A DNA stretch of 64,000 nucleotides from Promethearchaeia archaeon (GCA_046483985.1 JAWOCD010000085.1:8957-72956); one strand, 5' to 3'; counted from the first letter of the stretch, positions 10,501 through 20,700 are shown. The notes: generated by a model from the letters alone, not told the origin. Numbers and translations: made by a program.

Positions 10501-11091
10501 GCGGAGAGGAAACCTAAGAAAGAGGCGAGGAAAGCCAAGGAGGCCGAAGAGAAGGAAGTTAAAGTTGATTTAGATAATTTAGAGGATCTCACCGTGAAGG
10601 AGCTTCGAACATTGGGGGATAAACATGATATAAGGCTGAAATCACGACTTCGGAAGGACGAAATTATAGAAAAGATTCAAAAAGAACTCGGTAAACCAGC
10701 TAAGGAGGAGAAAGAAAAGAAAAAGAAAAGGAAACGGGAACCCGTAGAAGTGGTACCCGAAGAAATTAAGAAGGCAAAAGATCGTCTCAAAAGAATGAAA
10801 GGAAAAGCACCAAAAGAGAAACCAAAAAAGAAACCAAAAAAGAAAGAACCAATTAAACCTCCAAAACCTTCCAAGACCAAACAGACCAAATTGCCGGCGA
10901 TAACAGATGAAAAGATACTCTCTGTTCTGAATAACGAGGAGTGGCAAACAATAAAGCATTTAATCTTTAAATTGAAAATCCGGGACATGATGGATGCCCG
11001 TTATCTGCAAATTAAACTAAGAGAGTTAACTCGTAAAGGAAAAGCTTTAGTGGATATTAAGAAAGGAAAAAAACATTGGAAACTAAAATAG
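7540..11091 (+). CDS. top6B: DNA topoisomerase VI subunit B, unusually long (1183 aa) with inserts and a C-terminal extension
   Basis: GHKL/Bergerat motifs EFLDNALDA (N box), VFDNGAGMP (G1) and TRGSQGFGA (G2). H2TH-like STNIGDLQDLLAKSDNLTISAFL. Transducer-like RFVNRTPKLRDSADCAITKAV...VNWKNY...LLVNVSGPFVHLMFKSQSK. It lies directly upstream of top6A. Confidence 0.85.
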   Translation: MTTEDEAKIKQGSIAQFMRKRTQLVGFDMGYWKHVQYAAEFLDNALDAIEAYQWRQLKEDSKYQYSLDQEIYLENLSIIQEEKKDQNSQDLDKEAKDTLMQEVGIKPVDEEEAQKQPEKTEEGEGMVVEMQDEIEIEQEVENIIKDMESLIQPVENVNLIDKEPIVIIRMTESEAASFLTAEMSTKNVMSYKFEVFDNGAGMPEIDLEKFGKYLASSKSFQLKQTRGSQGFGAPSAFSDAQNTTGKPVVTVSKSLNQIYGIISEFFTTSKNEKKYLIPPTEIDAPFLHGTYVKLEFLNIKYVRGYVDTYVKETALMNPHVTLVYIDPYGDEYIFPRKTESFPDKPKYAKPHPSSTNIGDLQDLLAKSDNLTISAFLQDNFVRISNNTAKEILDLAERDLQDKLNFLLLDDGYIVKAEKKGEDIYYARVEKRVYGRSKRKRDKLIIYQVTSDSLLELYWETIDQYDKFNKEIDKIKEQIKKKNTKIEEADTKKAARKIRKKKKKLLKEIDGIRDKKDKLRADMNEIFKGLDEGIKEIKNKSEVNEISDLVSEVEITETRPQELSSDQFNSLFRAFKSVKYMSPPTDTVVPVGATILENTMIKELGLKVSDNTEDFGRPVEEVHPIEENILKFKKKKLKREDPNLTEDELGELSVDHGEIESLSTQILDSFYELENGAENGGKDFGSSLTYLMDSAEIEERENYKEVFQFFTETYTMDDDFVGGETRKPTSGKGLAFVVEGVLAYSKKNIETPNRSRDVLSRFVNRTPKLRDSADCAITKAVQSVNWKNYNLDSFDNGLPKGPIKLLVNVSGPFVHLMFKSQSKNSLAEDENLMSEIKYCLEAIGRRLRVYLNRRAEIKKKEKRANLIEKYIPKFVESIYNIAETGNSKFTEKFSEEDLKALMRKGIGGKSKPEKEEGLKKKTKEKVKRPKKKGKVDLDNLEDLTVKELRALGDKHDIRLKSRLRKDEIIEKIQKELGKPAKEEKEKKEAERKPKKEARKAKEAEEKEVKVDLDNLEDLTVKELRTLGDKHDIRLKSRLRKDEIIEKIQKELGKPAKEEKEKKKKRKREPVEVVPEEIKKAKDRLKRMKGKAPKEKPKKKPKKKEPIKPPKPSKTKQTKLPAITDEKILSVLNNEEWQTIKHLIFKLKIRDMMDARYLQIKLRELTRKGKALVDIKKGKKHWKLK
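10339..10721 (+). repeat. two about 158-bp direct repeat copies (10339-10496 and 10564-10721), period 225 bp, one mismatch seen
   Basis: Read directly from the sequence. Each copy encodes VDLDNLEDLTVKELR(A/T)LGDKHDIRLKSRLRKDEIIEKIQKELGKPAKEEKEKK within top6B. Confidence 0.9.
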
Positions 11092-11109
11092 TTAAATTAT
11101 TGAGGTGTA

Positions 11110-12300
11110 ATGATTATGGCTAAAAAGAAGAATATGGAAAAGTGGGACTTAGAGGCAACTAAAGAACTATTAAAGGAAAAACTGGAGGGAGATGAAGAAA
11201 AAGATGTAAATCTTCCCGAAAATACCGTAAAAATAGATGATCTTAACAGAGAACAAGCGTTAGAGCGTTTATATTCCATCGTAGATGAATTAATAAAACA
11301 AATATATAAACACGGCAGACCAACCGTAAAATTACCATCAAGATCAAGTTCTAATATTATTTGGGATGAAGAGAATGACTTGTTATTACTTGGACAACAG
11401 ATGAAGAAAAAGCATTTTCATTCTCTTACCAGTGTAGAAGATATTACGAGATTGATACGTGTACTAGAAATTATTGATGAATTGTTAGAAAAAGATATGC
11501 ACGCGACAAAGCGTGAAATTTATTATTCAGACGTAAAATTATTCAAAGATCAAAAGAACAGCGATAGAAGTATAGAGGATGTAGCAACTATGCTCTATAC
11601 TACCAGAAATTCTACCCATGTAGTTGCATCAGCTCGTGGTTCATGTGTGGGACGATTACGGATTCGGGATAAAAATGATATTATCGATTTAGAGCGTCTA
11701 GGTAGTGGAGGGTGGAGTATAAGCCCGATGTTAGATAATATTGAAATCATTGAATCGGATGCGGAATTCATACTTGTTGTGGAGAAAGATGCGGCTATGA
11801 TGCGATTAGCTGAAGCTCGCTTTTGGCGGGATTATCCTTGTATTATCCTCACCGCTCAAGGGGTGGGAAATGTGGCAGTTCGTATGTTTCTAAAAAGATT
11901 AAGTAAAGAACTTAAGCTTCCCGTATTCAGCTTGGTTGATAGTGATCCATATGGGCATTACATCCATAGTGTATATATGAGAGGATCAAAACGGTTAAGT
12001 TATGAAACTCCTTTTTTAGCAACCCCTGATATCAAATTGCTGGGCGTTTTAACCAGAGACTTAGATAAATATAACATTCCAGATAATTGTAGATTAAAAA
12101 TGAATAAAAAAGACCTCAAAAGGACCAGAGAAATGCTTGAAGAAGACTTTGTGAAGAATAATGAGAAATGGCAAAAAGATTTAAAATTGGCTTTAGACCT
12201 AAAAGTAAAAGCTGAGATTCAAGCACTCTCAAATCATGGATTTGAATTTTTAACGGAAGAATATCTCCCCGAAAAACTAACAACGGGTGATTGGATATGA
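11110..12300 (+). CDS. top6A: DNA topoisomerase VI subunit A (Spo11 homologue)
   Basis: KREIYYSD (catalytic Tyr region) and Toprim motifs VVEKDAAMMRL and VDSDPYGHYI. At 396 aa it is typical in length. It follows top6B after an 18-bp gap. Confidence 0.9.
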   Translation: MIMAKKKNMEKWDLEATKELLKEKLEGDEEKDVNLPENTVKIDDLNREQALERLYSIVDELIKQIYKHGRPTVKLPSRSSSNIIWDEENDLLLLGQQMKKKHFHSLTSVEDITRLIRVLEIIDELLEKDMHATKREIYYSDVKLFKDQKNSDRSIEDVATMLYTTRNSTHVVASARGSCVGRLRIRDKNDIIDLERLGSGGWSISPMLDNIEIIESDAEFILVVEKDAAMMRLAEARFWRDYPCIILTAQGVGNVAVRMFLKRLSKELKLPVFSLVDSDPYGHYIHSVYMRGSKRLSYETPFLATPDIKLLGVLTRDLDKYNIPDNCRLKMNKKDLKRTREMLEEDFVKNNEKWQKDLKLALDLKVKAEIQALSNHGFEFLTEEYLPEKLTTGDWI

Positions 12301-12815
12301 GAACATTCCATAAGAAAGACGGAGGCATAGTTCAACTTATTGGAAAAGAAAAAATGGAATCTTGGTCCGTTGAATTACCGCTGATATTTATTGAATATAT
12401 TCGAAGCAATAAGCTTGAATCATATGATGATGTTAAAAAAGATGTAGAGGCATACCTAGATGAGATTTTGGAAGATGTGGCAATACCGAGATTGATTGAA
12501 ATATTAGAAGGAGATGATAATGAAGAAATTATTGCCGCTCTGGAGAGAATTAAGAATATTGCTGATGAAAACTTGGATATGACAAAACCGATTAAACCTT
12601 ATCTTGAAGATCTTAAGAATAACCAAAACAAAGAAATTAAGGGTATTACTAATGATATCTTAAAGCTATTTGAAAGGGAAAAGCGGCGTAAAGAACTAAA
12701 TAAGCGAAGAAAAGTTATGAAGAAAAAGGAACAACAATTTATGGACGGTAAAATTAGTGCTGAGGAATATGCAAAAGCACGGAAGGATTATATCGAATTT
12801 AGAGATAATCGATAG
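12297..12815 (+). CDS. hypothetical protein (HEAT-like helix pair, K/E-rich, SHOCT-like C-terminus), translationally coupled to top6A
   Basis: The ATG at 12297 overlaps the top6A TGA in an ATGA arrangement; the ORF-track start at 12291 is TTG. IPRLIEILEGDDNEEIIAALERIKNIA looks like a HEAT-type repeat. C-terminal MDGKISAEEYAKARKDYIEF fits the SHOCT pattern. Confidence 0.55.
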   Translation: MRTFHKKDGGIVQLIGKEKMESWSVELPLIFIEYIRSNKLESYDDVKKDVEAYLDEILEDVAIPRLIEILEGDDNEEIIAALERIKNIADENLDMTKPIKPYLEDLKNNQNKEIKGITNDILKLFEREKRRKELNKRRKVMKKKEQQFMDGKISAEEYAKARKDYIEFRDNR

Positions 12816-12822
12816 GTAATTA

Positions 12823-13503
12823 ATGAAAATGGAATGGAACCAAGACAGATTTGACCAATTTATCATCGAACACCAGGTTATTGGGTTTTTTTCAGAATCG
12901 ATTACCTTAAAATCTGGGAGAGAATCGCATTGGTATGTCAATTGGCGAGATATTGCTGAAGATGTTTATCTGTTAGACAAATTATCTGATTTTGTCATAT
13001 CCTATATTCAGCACAAGGATTTTGATCCCGATTGTTTTTTTGGAGTTCCCGAAGGCGCAACCAAGTTAGGAATTCTCTGTCAGTATAAATGGGCAACCTC
13101 GAAAGCAGATTACCAAGAAGGGAGGTATGTATTAGCCATGGGAAGAGGTAAGCCAAAGGCACATGGAGAATTAAAGGATCAAAATTACTTGGGGATTCCC
13201 AGAGGGAAAATCGTAGTTATAGAAGATGTAACCACGACAGGAGGATCTATGTTTTCTACAGTTCAAAATTTATTGGAATTTGACATAAATATTATTGCTG
13301 CAGTCGGACTCACCAATCGAAATGAAATAAGAAGGGATGGAAAATCGGTCAAAGAATTATTCGATGATATTGGCATAGATTATTACGCAATGAGCAATGC
13401 TATTGACTTGTTACCCAAATTAAATCCCCAACAATCAATAGCTAAAAAGGTTCAAGCTTATTTTGAACAATACGGGACAGAGGGAATTGATTTTCATCTC
13501 TAA
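12823..13503 (+). CDS. type I phosphoribosyltransferase, orotate phosphoribosyltransferase-like
   Basis: PRPP-binding motif KIVVIEDVTTTGGS, an upstream LKSGRESHWYVNWRD and a GRGKPKAHG loop give the same layout as PyrE. Substrate assignment is not certain. Confidence 0.6.
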   Translation: MKMEWNQDRFDQFIIEHQVIGFFSESITLKSGRESHWYVNWRDIAEDVYLLDKLSDFVISYIQHKDFDPDCFFGVPEGATKLGILCQYKWATSKADYQEGRYVLAMGRGKPKAHGELKDQNYLGIPRGKIVVIEDVTTTGGSMFSTVQNLLEFDINIIAAVGLTNRNEIRRDGKSVKELFDDIGIDYYAMSNAIDLLPKLNPQQSIAKKVQAYFEQYGTEGIDFHL

Positions 13504-13538
13504 CAAAGTTTTATTAATTTCCTAATTAAAATGTTATT

Positions 13539-16163
13539 ATGTTTCTTGCCCTCACTAATTTAAATAAAACCACATTTGAAGATTTTAACGTTAAACTCGT
13601 TCCATCACCTCTACATATTGCTGAGGTTCATTCTTATTCTTTACAGATCTCCGAAAACTCTCAGTTCATTTCTTCTCTTTCCGAGAATTATCCTTATTTT
13701 ATTGAGATCCTTAATAGTTATCTTGAACGAAGTTCGTTACAAGCCCACCTTTCTCTTAAAAAAGTGACATATGAAAGGGATTTTTCTCAATATGAATCAC
13801 TTATCGAAACGTGTGAGAACAGTTTTCCAGAGGTAAATCTTGATAAAATATCTAGAAGGGATAATTTCAAAGAACAAGGATATCTTCTCGTAGCTCATGA
13901 AGATTCTATCCTTGTGCAAGCTTTTGAAGCACAAGGACTATTTTATGGTATTCAAACTCTAATTCAAATTCTGCGTTCTTCTCCGGGCGGTATAACTATA
14001 AATCCTATTCGAATTATAGATTATCCTTTATTGAAAATAAGGGGGGTGTCTGATGATATTTCTCGAGGACAAGCCGCCACTAAGGAGAACTTGAAAAAAT
14101 TCATCAAAACCTTGAGCCATTTTAAGATTAACCAATATTATCTCGTTTATATGCAAGACATGTTCCAGTATTCCAATCATCCGCAAATCGGGAAGAGACG
14201 AGGAGCCTACGCTAAAGAAGATATAGAGGAGTTAGTTAAGTATGCCAAAAAGCATTTTGTGGAATTAATTCCCATTTTTAATGCGAACGGACATTGGGAT
14301 AATATTCTTTTTTTTCCGGAATATTGGAAATACGGTGAGTTCCCCGCATCTAATAGTTTAAATATCGCGAACGATCAAATCTATAAGTTATTGGATGAAA
14401 TGATTGGCGAACTGAGTCAAGTGTTTACTTCCCCCTATTTTCATATGGGCTCTGACGAAAGTTGGGACGTCGGACAAGGCAGCTCAAAAGATTATGTTGA
14501 TCAGTTAGGAATTGCCCAAGCCTATTTAAAACATTACAAGCGCATTTATCAGATCATCAAAAAACACGGATATGACAAGATAATTATCTATCACGACATT
14601 CTTCATAAATATAAAGATGTGTTAGAGAATTTACCGGAGGATATGATTATCATGTATTGGAGATATACCACTTCCAGGAAACATAAAACCATTGATCATA
14701 TAAAATCTTATGAGTTTCCCGTTATTGTGAGCCCTTCGATAATGGACTATAATCGTCCCTTTCCTGCTTTAACAAAGTCAATGCATAATATTCGAAACTT
14801 AATTAACTACGGATGGCAAAAAGGAATAATCGGAGAAATTACCTCTGGCTGGGGCGATTATCATAATAAGGAACTACGAGAAAATAGAATTTATGGTTTT
14901 CTCTTTTCCTCAGAATTTGGGTGGAAACCGGATTCAAATAAAAATTTTTCGACATTATGGAATTATATTTTCCTGCATTTTTTTGGCATAGATGATAATA
15001 GAATTCTACAGATTTTTGACGCTTTTCGAGAGATTCAAGATAAAAAACGGTTAAATGTAACTCCCTCCTTGTTCTATAATCATTTCTTTAGCCATCCATA
15101 CGCAAAAAATACATTAATGTATAAAATAACCCGGAAAACTAAGGGATTTGATAAGTTAATAGCAGACCTTAGGAATATTATAAACACTTGTGATAAACTT
15201 GAACAAAAAGTAAAGAAAAATAAAATAAATCTTAGATATCTTGCATTTGTTGCGGAACAAATGAAATTATATTGTAAAAAGAGGATGAATTCTAAAAATC
15301 TTACCAGAATTAAGCCAGAAAAATTATCAGAAAAAGAGATACGGGATAAAATAAAGGAGATTAGACGGTTAAAAGCAGATTTACTTGATTTAACTCAGAA
15401 TTATGAAGACTTATGGAAATTATGTGCTCGAAAACAGGGATTAGACCCAATTTTACGAAAATTTTTCCGGTTATCCCGATTTTATCAGCAAAAAATAATC
15501 GCCTTAAGAAAAAAAGATCCGTGGAAAAAGCCGTATATTCCCAGCGAAACTATTTATTTAAATGCTAGAAAGATAGATCGAATCCATACTACCTATTACT
15601 GTAAAGTTATTAACATCCCTCATGATGTAAAAAGTGCGTATATTCAAGTAATGGGGGGTATATTCGCAGAAATTTATGTAAATAAAGAGAAAATTGGGCA
15701 TGTGATTACCCGTAATACTTTAAATTACGTCATTTTAGAGCATAACTTGAAACTCTTTTCCATTAAAGAAAATCTTTCAGGGGGTTCGAACATTATATTG
15801 ATTAAAAATACTGATTTTATTGGGGGTGTCGCCCCCATCAATTTGTATGGAGAAATAATTTTTAATAATGGAAAGAGAGAGATAATTAAAACAGATTTAA
15901 CATGGAAAGCAACCCGAAATCTTCAATCCCTTGAAAATCTTACTTCTTTATCTTTGAATTCTTGGAATAGGGTCCATTCATTCGGTAAACCACCTAAAGC
16001 TACTGGTGGATTAACTTATCCACATTTTGAAAAAAAGATCCGTTCCCATCATAGCGATCTAATGCCCCTCTTAAATTCTGTGATTGCCTCACTTCCTCGG
16101 TTCTTATTTCCTTTCCTTAAACTCGGTGTGAAGATTGTCAATTTTTTCGACATTATTGAGTGA
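13539..16163 (+). CDS. glycoside hydrolase family 20-like (beta-N-acetylhexosaminidase-like) with long C-terminal beta-sandwich-like region
   Basis: GH20 domain-2 pattern [32 protein letters not shown]. Catalytic-domain patterns [30 protein letters not shown] and FHMGSDE (D-E pair). No obvious signal peptide. Confidence 0.55.
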   Translation: MFLALTNLNKTTFEDFNVKLVPSPLHIAEVHSYSLQISENSQFISSLSENYPYFIEILNSYLERSSLQAHLSLKKVTYERDFSQYESLIETCENSFPEVNLDKISRRDNFKEQGYLLVAHEDSILVQAFEAQGLFYGIQTLIQILRSSPGGITINPIRIIDYPLLKIRGVSDDISRGQAATKENLKKFIKTLSHFKINQYYLVYMQDMFQYSNHPQIGKRRGAYAKEDIEELVKYAKKHFVELIPIFNANGHWDNILFFPEYWKYGEFPASNSLNIANDQIYKLLDEMIGELSQVFTSPYFHMGSDESWDVGQGSSKDYVDQLGIAQAYLKHYKRIYQIIKKHGYDKIIIYHDILHKYKDVLENLPEDMIIMYWRYTTSRKHKTIDHIKSYEFPVIVSPSIMDYNRPFPALTKSMHNIRNLINYGWQKGIIGEITSGWGDYHNKELRENRIYGFLFSSEFGWKPDSNKNFSTLWNYIFLHFFGIDDNRILQIFDAFREIQDKKRLNVTPSLFYNHFFSHPYAKNTLMYKITRKTKGFDKLIADLRNIINTCDKLEQKVKKNKINLRYLAFVAEQMKLYCKKRMNSKNLTRIKPEKLSEKEIRDKIKEIRRLKADLLDLTQNYEDLWKLCARKQGLDPILRKFFRLSRFYQQKIIALRKKDPWKKPYIPSETIYLNARKIDRIHTTYYCKVINIPHDVKSAYIQVMGGIFAEIYVNKEKIGHVITRNTLNYVILEHNLKLFSIKENLSGGSNIILIKNTDFIGGVAPINLYGEIIFNNGKREIIKTDLTWKATRNLQSLENLTSLSLNSWNRVHSFGKPPKATGGLTYPHFEKKIRSHHSDLMPLLNSVIASLPRFLFPFLKLGVKIVNFFDIIE

Positions 16164-16265
16164 AAGGAAATAAGATATAATATCTCATTATTTATATCAG
16201 ATTACGCAAAAATTTAAAATTATTTAGATTAATATTATGATAAGAGTAAATTTTGAAATTTTTAG

Positions 16266-16952
16266 GTGATTTTGATTTTTAAGAAAAAGAAGGATGATTT
16301 CGAAAAAGAGAAGGAAAAAGCAAGAGCGAAGCTCCGGAAAAAAGCAGAAAAAATTCAAGCAAAAAAGGAAAAAAAACGCAAAGAAGCGGAAAAGATCTTA
16401 GATGAGGAATATGTAGATCGGAGATTAGAGTTTGAGCGTAAGCGAGATAAACAGTTTCAAACAAAAAGAGATTCTAAAATAAAAGAAATTCGTGAAGAAG
16501 TGTTAGCCGATGAAAAAGATACCTTTGAATGTAAAGTATGCGGTCGTGAAATTGGATTAGGAAATATGCAATGTCCCAATTGCGGTCAAATGTATTGCCC
16601 CTTTTGTGGAGCTTTTCTAGATGACGAAGACTTTAGTGGAAAATGTCCTCGCTGTGGAGGATTTGTTGCAGGCGGAGTGACTCCCGCCGAATTAGTACAG
16701 ACCCGTGTTGAGGATATTCCAGAAGGGGACCGATTTTGGGAAGGATTACAGAATTGCCCCAAATGTGGAGCTTCTACTCAACCCGATTGGGATGAATGTC
16801 CCATCTGTGGAGCGAAATTAGAGAAAAAAGTTAAAAAGAAAGAAGAAGAACCAAAAGAAGAAAAATCAATCAAATCAATAAAGGAAAAGCGAAAAGAAGA
16901 ATTAAAGAAAAGGAGAAGAAGGAAAAAATCGGGACCTAAACGAGGTATATAA
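16266..16952 (+). CDS. double zinc-ribbon protein with K/E-rich N- and C-terminal tails
   Basis: Several CxxC pairs: CKVCG...CPNCG...CPFCG...CPRCG and CPKCG...CPICG. GTG start. Highly charged flanks. Confidence 0.5.
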   Translation: MILIFKKKKDDFEKEKEKARAKLRKKAEKIQAKKEKKRKEAEKILDEEYVDRRLEFERKRDKQFQTKRDSKIKEIREEVLADEKDTFECKVCGREIGLGNMQCPNCGQMYCPFCGAFLDDEDFSGKCPRCGGFVAGGVTPAELVQTRVEDIPEGDRFWEGLQNCPKCGASTQPDWDECPICGAKLEKKVKKKEEEPKEEKSIKSIKEKRKEELKKRRRRKKSGPKRGI

Positions 16953-17041
16953 TTTTTCTCTTTGGTTTGATCATTTTTTCTTAGCAAGAGGTTTGATACA
17001 ATTAACCCGTCCGTGGTATTTTTATTTCTTAGGAAATCTCC

Positions 17042-17605
17042 TTATAGATCTAAAAAAAATTTACGCCAAGAATTTATTAATTTAAATATATTTTTATTCA
17101 AAAGTTTCTCTGCATCAGTTAGATTTTTCTCATCTGCGGGAGATAACTCTGAACGTGAGAGTTTTAATAATTTTAACAGACGGGAATCGACGAGGTTTGA
17201 CAAATAGGAATTGTATCGATTTAAATTTGTTTGAGGAATGACGTTTTCATTTACCTTCTTTACTAAAAATTGTCTAAATTCTCTTATCTTATTGAGCAAA
17301 AATTTGTCCTTCTGATTAACAATCCGCTGATCGTCCCTTTCCTTGATGGCAAGTCTCTGAACGTCCATGTTATCACATTTTTCTTCCGGAATTACCTCTA
17401 AAATCCCCCTTTTAATAAAGGGAGTTGCGATGAATTGTTTCATTTTATATCTCTTTCCTTTCTTAAACGGTCCTATCCGATGACCTAATAAAGAAAATCC
17501 ATCAAAACCCTTAATACATTTTGTTACAATTGGATTATTCTTATAAATGAAATTAATTCTCTTTAAATCATTCCCAAAATCGGTTTCAAGTTTTAAATCC
17601 ATCAA
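17042..17605 (-). CDS. possible GINS subunit (Gins23-like domain order)
   Basis: 187 aa. The N-terminal beta-rich part (IGPFKKGKRYKMKQFIATPFIKRGILEV) is followed by a helical part with VDSRLLKLLKLS and LTDAEKLL. These resemble GINS B- and A-domain patterns. The call rests on pattern recognition and proximity to mcm only. Confidence 0.35.
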   Translation of the reverse strand: MMDLKLETDFGNDLKRINFIYKNNPIVTKCIKGFDGFSLLGHRIGPFKKGKRYKMKQFIATPFIKRGILEVIPEEKCDNMDVQRLAIKERDDQRIVNQKDKFLLNKIREFRQFLVKKVNENVIPQTNLNRYNSYLSNLVDSRLLKLLKLSRSELSPADEKNLTDAEKLLNKNIFKLINSWRKFFLDL

Positions 17606-17747
17606 TTCTTAAGTACACTTGGATAGTTTTAATAAATTAGATTAATTCTATAATATTAACTTTTATTATTAATCTGGAAATTAAAGCTTATAATTTTTGG
17701 AGATTATCTTGATTTTTGAAAGAGCCTATTTCCCACAAGATCTCAAT

Positions 17748-20700
17748 ATGTTTAATAATACTACGTCCATTGTCCTATTTATTATCTTTTTAGCGGCGTT
17801 TGCATCTGGGTTCTTTTTAATTTATCGCCAAGTAGCCCTAGTGAAGAAGGGAGAATTTGAAATCCTAGATACATTGCAGTGTGTATTATACGGATTTATT
17901 TTCAGTATGGCTATAATGGTTGTGATGGGCATGGCTTTTATTTTTGCCGTTAATACTCAAAGCTTTTGGGAACCTACTCCTTTGAATCCCAACCCTCCTA
18001 CCCCTCCCGAGATTAACCCCCTATGGTTAATCTTTCCAGTCTTCTTTTGCTTAGCTTATCTTACTTTTTATCCCCTAATTGATTTTCTTTTTATTGCCTT
18101 AAGTAAGGAATCCGACAAAGGATTAACAATATTTCATAGATATATTGGAAATTATATAATCAATACAACGGATAGTAAAATTTTTTCTGTAATTTCTGCA
18201 ATATGCTTCTATTTGGGGGTATTTATTTTGCCGCCATATCTTCTTTATTTATTTCTTGATTTACCCTTACTTGTAATCTTTATTACATGGATATTAGGAT
18301 ATCCCTTGATGGTTTTAACGTTTTATGGAGCAAAAGGCTGGGTTGCGGGATTTTCCAATACAATATTTCATATTGAACAGCGTTCATTTTTTCTAGGGTT
18401 TGAAGATCCTGAGAGAGTGATGGAAGAGGCAAAAGATTTTCCGAACGTTACGGGCCCCCGGATTTTAATGGGAATGATGCTTTTTGTTTTTGTCTGGATT
18501 TGGATTTCAATGTTCCAAACTTTATCATTTTATTTTTCGGGAGATATGCCAATTTCTCCCTACTCCTTTGCTGGACTTGTGTTTGTAACGTTAATATTTG
18601 GAGTTATTGGATATTTTACTCGTTATTGGAGTAGACAGATAAAATATCGTAGTATAGACATTTCATTTGCGGGGTATTTGATGGCATGTATTGGAATTAA
18701 TGTATTAGCAAATTTTCTTATAGTTAATGCCAATAAATTGGAAAGCTCTTTTAATTATACTATTATTGGACTATATGAGTTAGTCCCTAATTATCTCTCA
18801 CTTGCTTTTGCTGCAGTAATTGAAGAAGTTTTTCTGGTCACTTTTATTTGTTATTTTCTCTTTGCCAAGACAGATTTTACCCAAAATTTGAAATATTCCA
18901 AGATAAATGAATGTGGGCAGATCTTTGATCCCATCCCATTGTTTAATTTTCTTAGAAGTAATGATCCAAAAATTAGAAAGCAAGCTGAAGAAACCGTATT
19001 GTTAATGTTCGAACGAATTCCTTTAAAAGAAGATGTTGATCTGAATAAAAACATTTTTAAAAATACTCTTATTGACGGCTTATGTGATCTGAACCCATAC
19101 GCTCAGAAAGTAAGTTACCAAATTTTAACCCAATTGGAGAGAGATGTACCTGATCTTGTTTTACCGTGGATAATTGAGAATTTAGAATCTCCAAATTATG
19201 ACAAAAGTATTCCCTTTGCACGTTCTTTAACAACTGCAGATATCGATCTTGTTAAAAAAGTACCGCCAGAGATCATATTCAATCTTATCCAAGATTTAGA
19301 ATGGAGGCTTAAATTGATTGGGCTGGATATTTTATCCCGTTTAGCAAAAGTAGAAGATGAAATTGTTTTAACGCTTTTGATGAAAAAGCATTTATTAAAC
19401 GATCTTGTAAATGATCCCGATGGAGAGGTTCAAGTTAAGATATTAAATATTCTTGCTGACACAGAGGTGGTGCTTCCTCTTACTTCCATAATTGATAGAT
19501 TGGATGACTCTAATTCCCAGATAAAAGCCGCCGCCATCAGAAATATTAAAAATATTAAAGAGGAAAATCTTGACTCACAAGTGGTCTCTAAACTGATCCC
19601 ACTCATGAGAGATCCTTCAAGTGAAGTAAGAGCTTCTGTATTTGAAGTTCTTGCTAAAATTGGTCATTTTCAGAAATATTTTATACCAAATCTTCCTTTC
19701 TTGGAAGGCTTAACAGATCTCAATAAAGAGGTAAGGAAGGCCTCTATCATCGCACTTGAACGATATTTTGATGAACAACCCGAATCCCTTGATTTAGATA
19801 TGATAATTAATAGAATTGATCCCAATAATGAAGAAATCGTAAATAGTGCGTTAACTCTCCTTGGGAGATTATGGGATAAAAACCCAGAAAAGATTCTCAC
19901 CACCTTACTTGGATTTATAAAATTGGAGAATCAATCGCTCAAAGAAAATATTTCTAATATATTGGTTGAGAGATATGAGTCAAATCCAGATTTAATTATA
20001 GATAATCTCATAGAAATACCAGATGTATCGAAATTTATCACAAAAGGAATAATTACAAAGACTCTTATTAAAATTGGCGAGTTAGACCCTCACAATGTAA
20101 TTCCAAAATTGGTTTCCTTTTTAAATTCGAAAAATAAGGATACTAAATTAAATGCGATAAGAGCTTTAGAGGAATTAGTCAGTAATTTTCCCGATAAGGT
20201 TAAATTAAAACCATTTTTAGTCATTCTGCGGCAAGAAAAAAATAAAAAAATAAAAAAAGAGGCAGCCAAAGTAATATCTAAAGTCGCCCAAGTGGAACCA
20301 AATGCTTTAAAACCGCTTGTTTCCGTGATTTTGCAAGCAATGCATGAACAAGAAAATTCAGTTAAACTAGTTTTGGGAAAATCATTATTACAGATCTCTC
20401 AAGAATCCCCTGAAATCCTTCCCGTCCGTCCCATTATAAATTTATACAATGATGAAGATTCATTTATTCGGGAAACGGCTGCAAAAACTCTCGGAAATAT
20501 AGGATACAAAGCACCTCGAGAATGTATTAGAGCCTTATTAGACAAAGGATTAAAAGATGAGGAATGGAATGTAAGAGAAGCTTCTGTTACTAGTTTAGGG
20601 GATCTAATAGAATATGTAGATAATAAAGAGATGCTCATATCGAGTTTAGTGAAACTTCTTTCTGATGAACAAATGTGGGTGCGACGCTCTGCCTTAAATA

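Noticed and set aside
10339-10721. The 158-bp direct repeats considered as insertion-sequence ends or a mobile-element footprint.
   Set aside because: Both copies are in frame within top6B and encode the same protein motif. There is no transposase and there are no inverted termini, so this is a domain duplication.
17013-17207. Plus-strand 64-aa ORF overlapping the 3' end of the GINS-like gene.
   Set aside because: It is antisense to a longer ORF, has a non-ATG start and a low-complexity translation.
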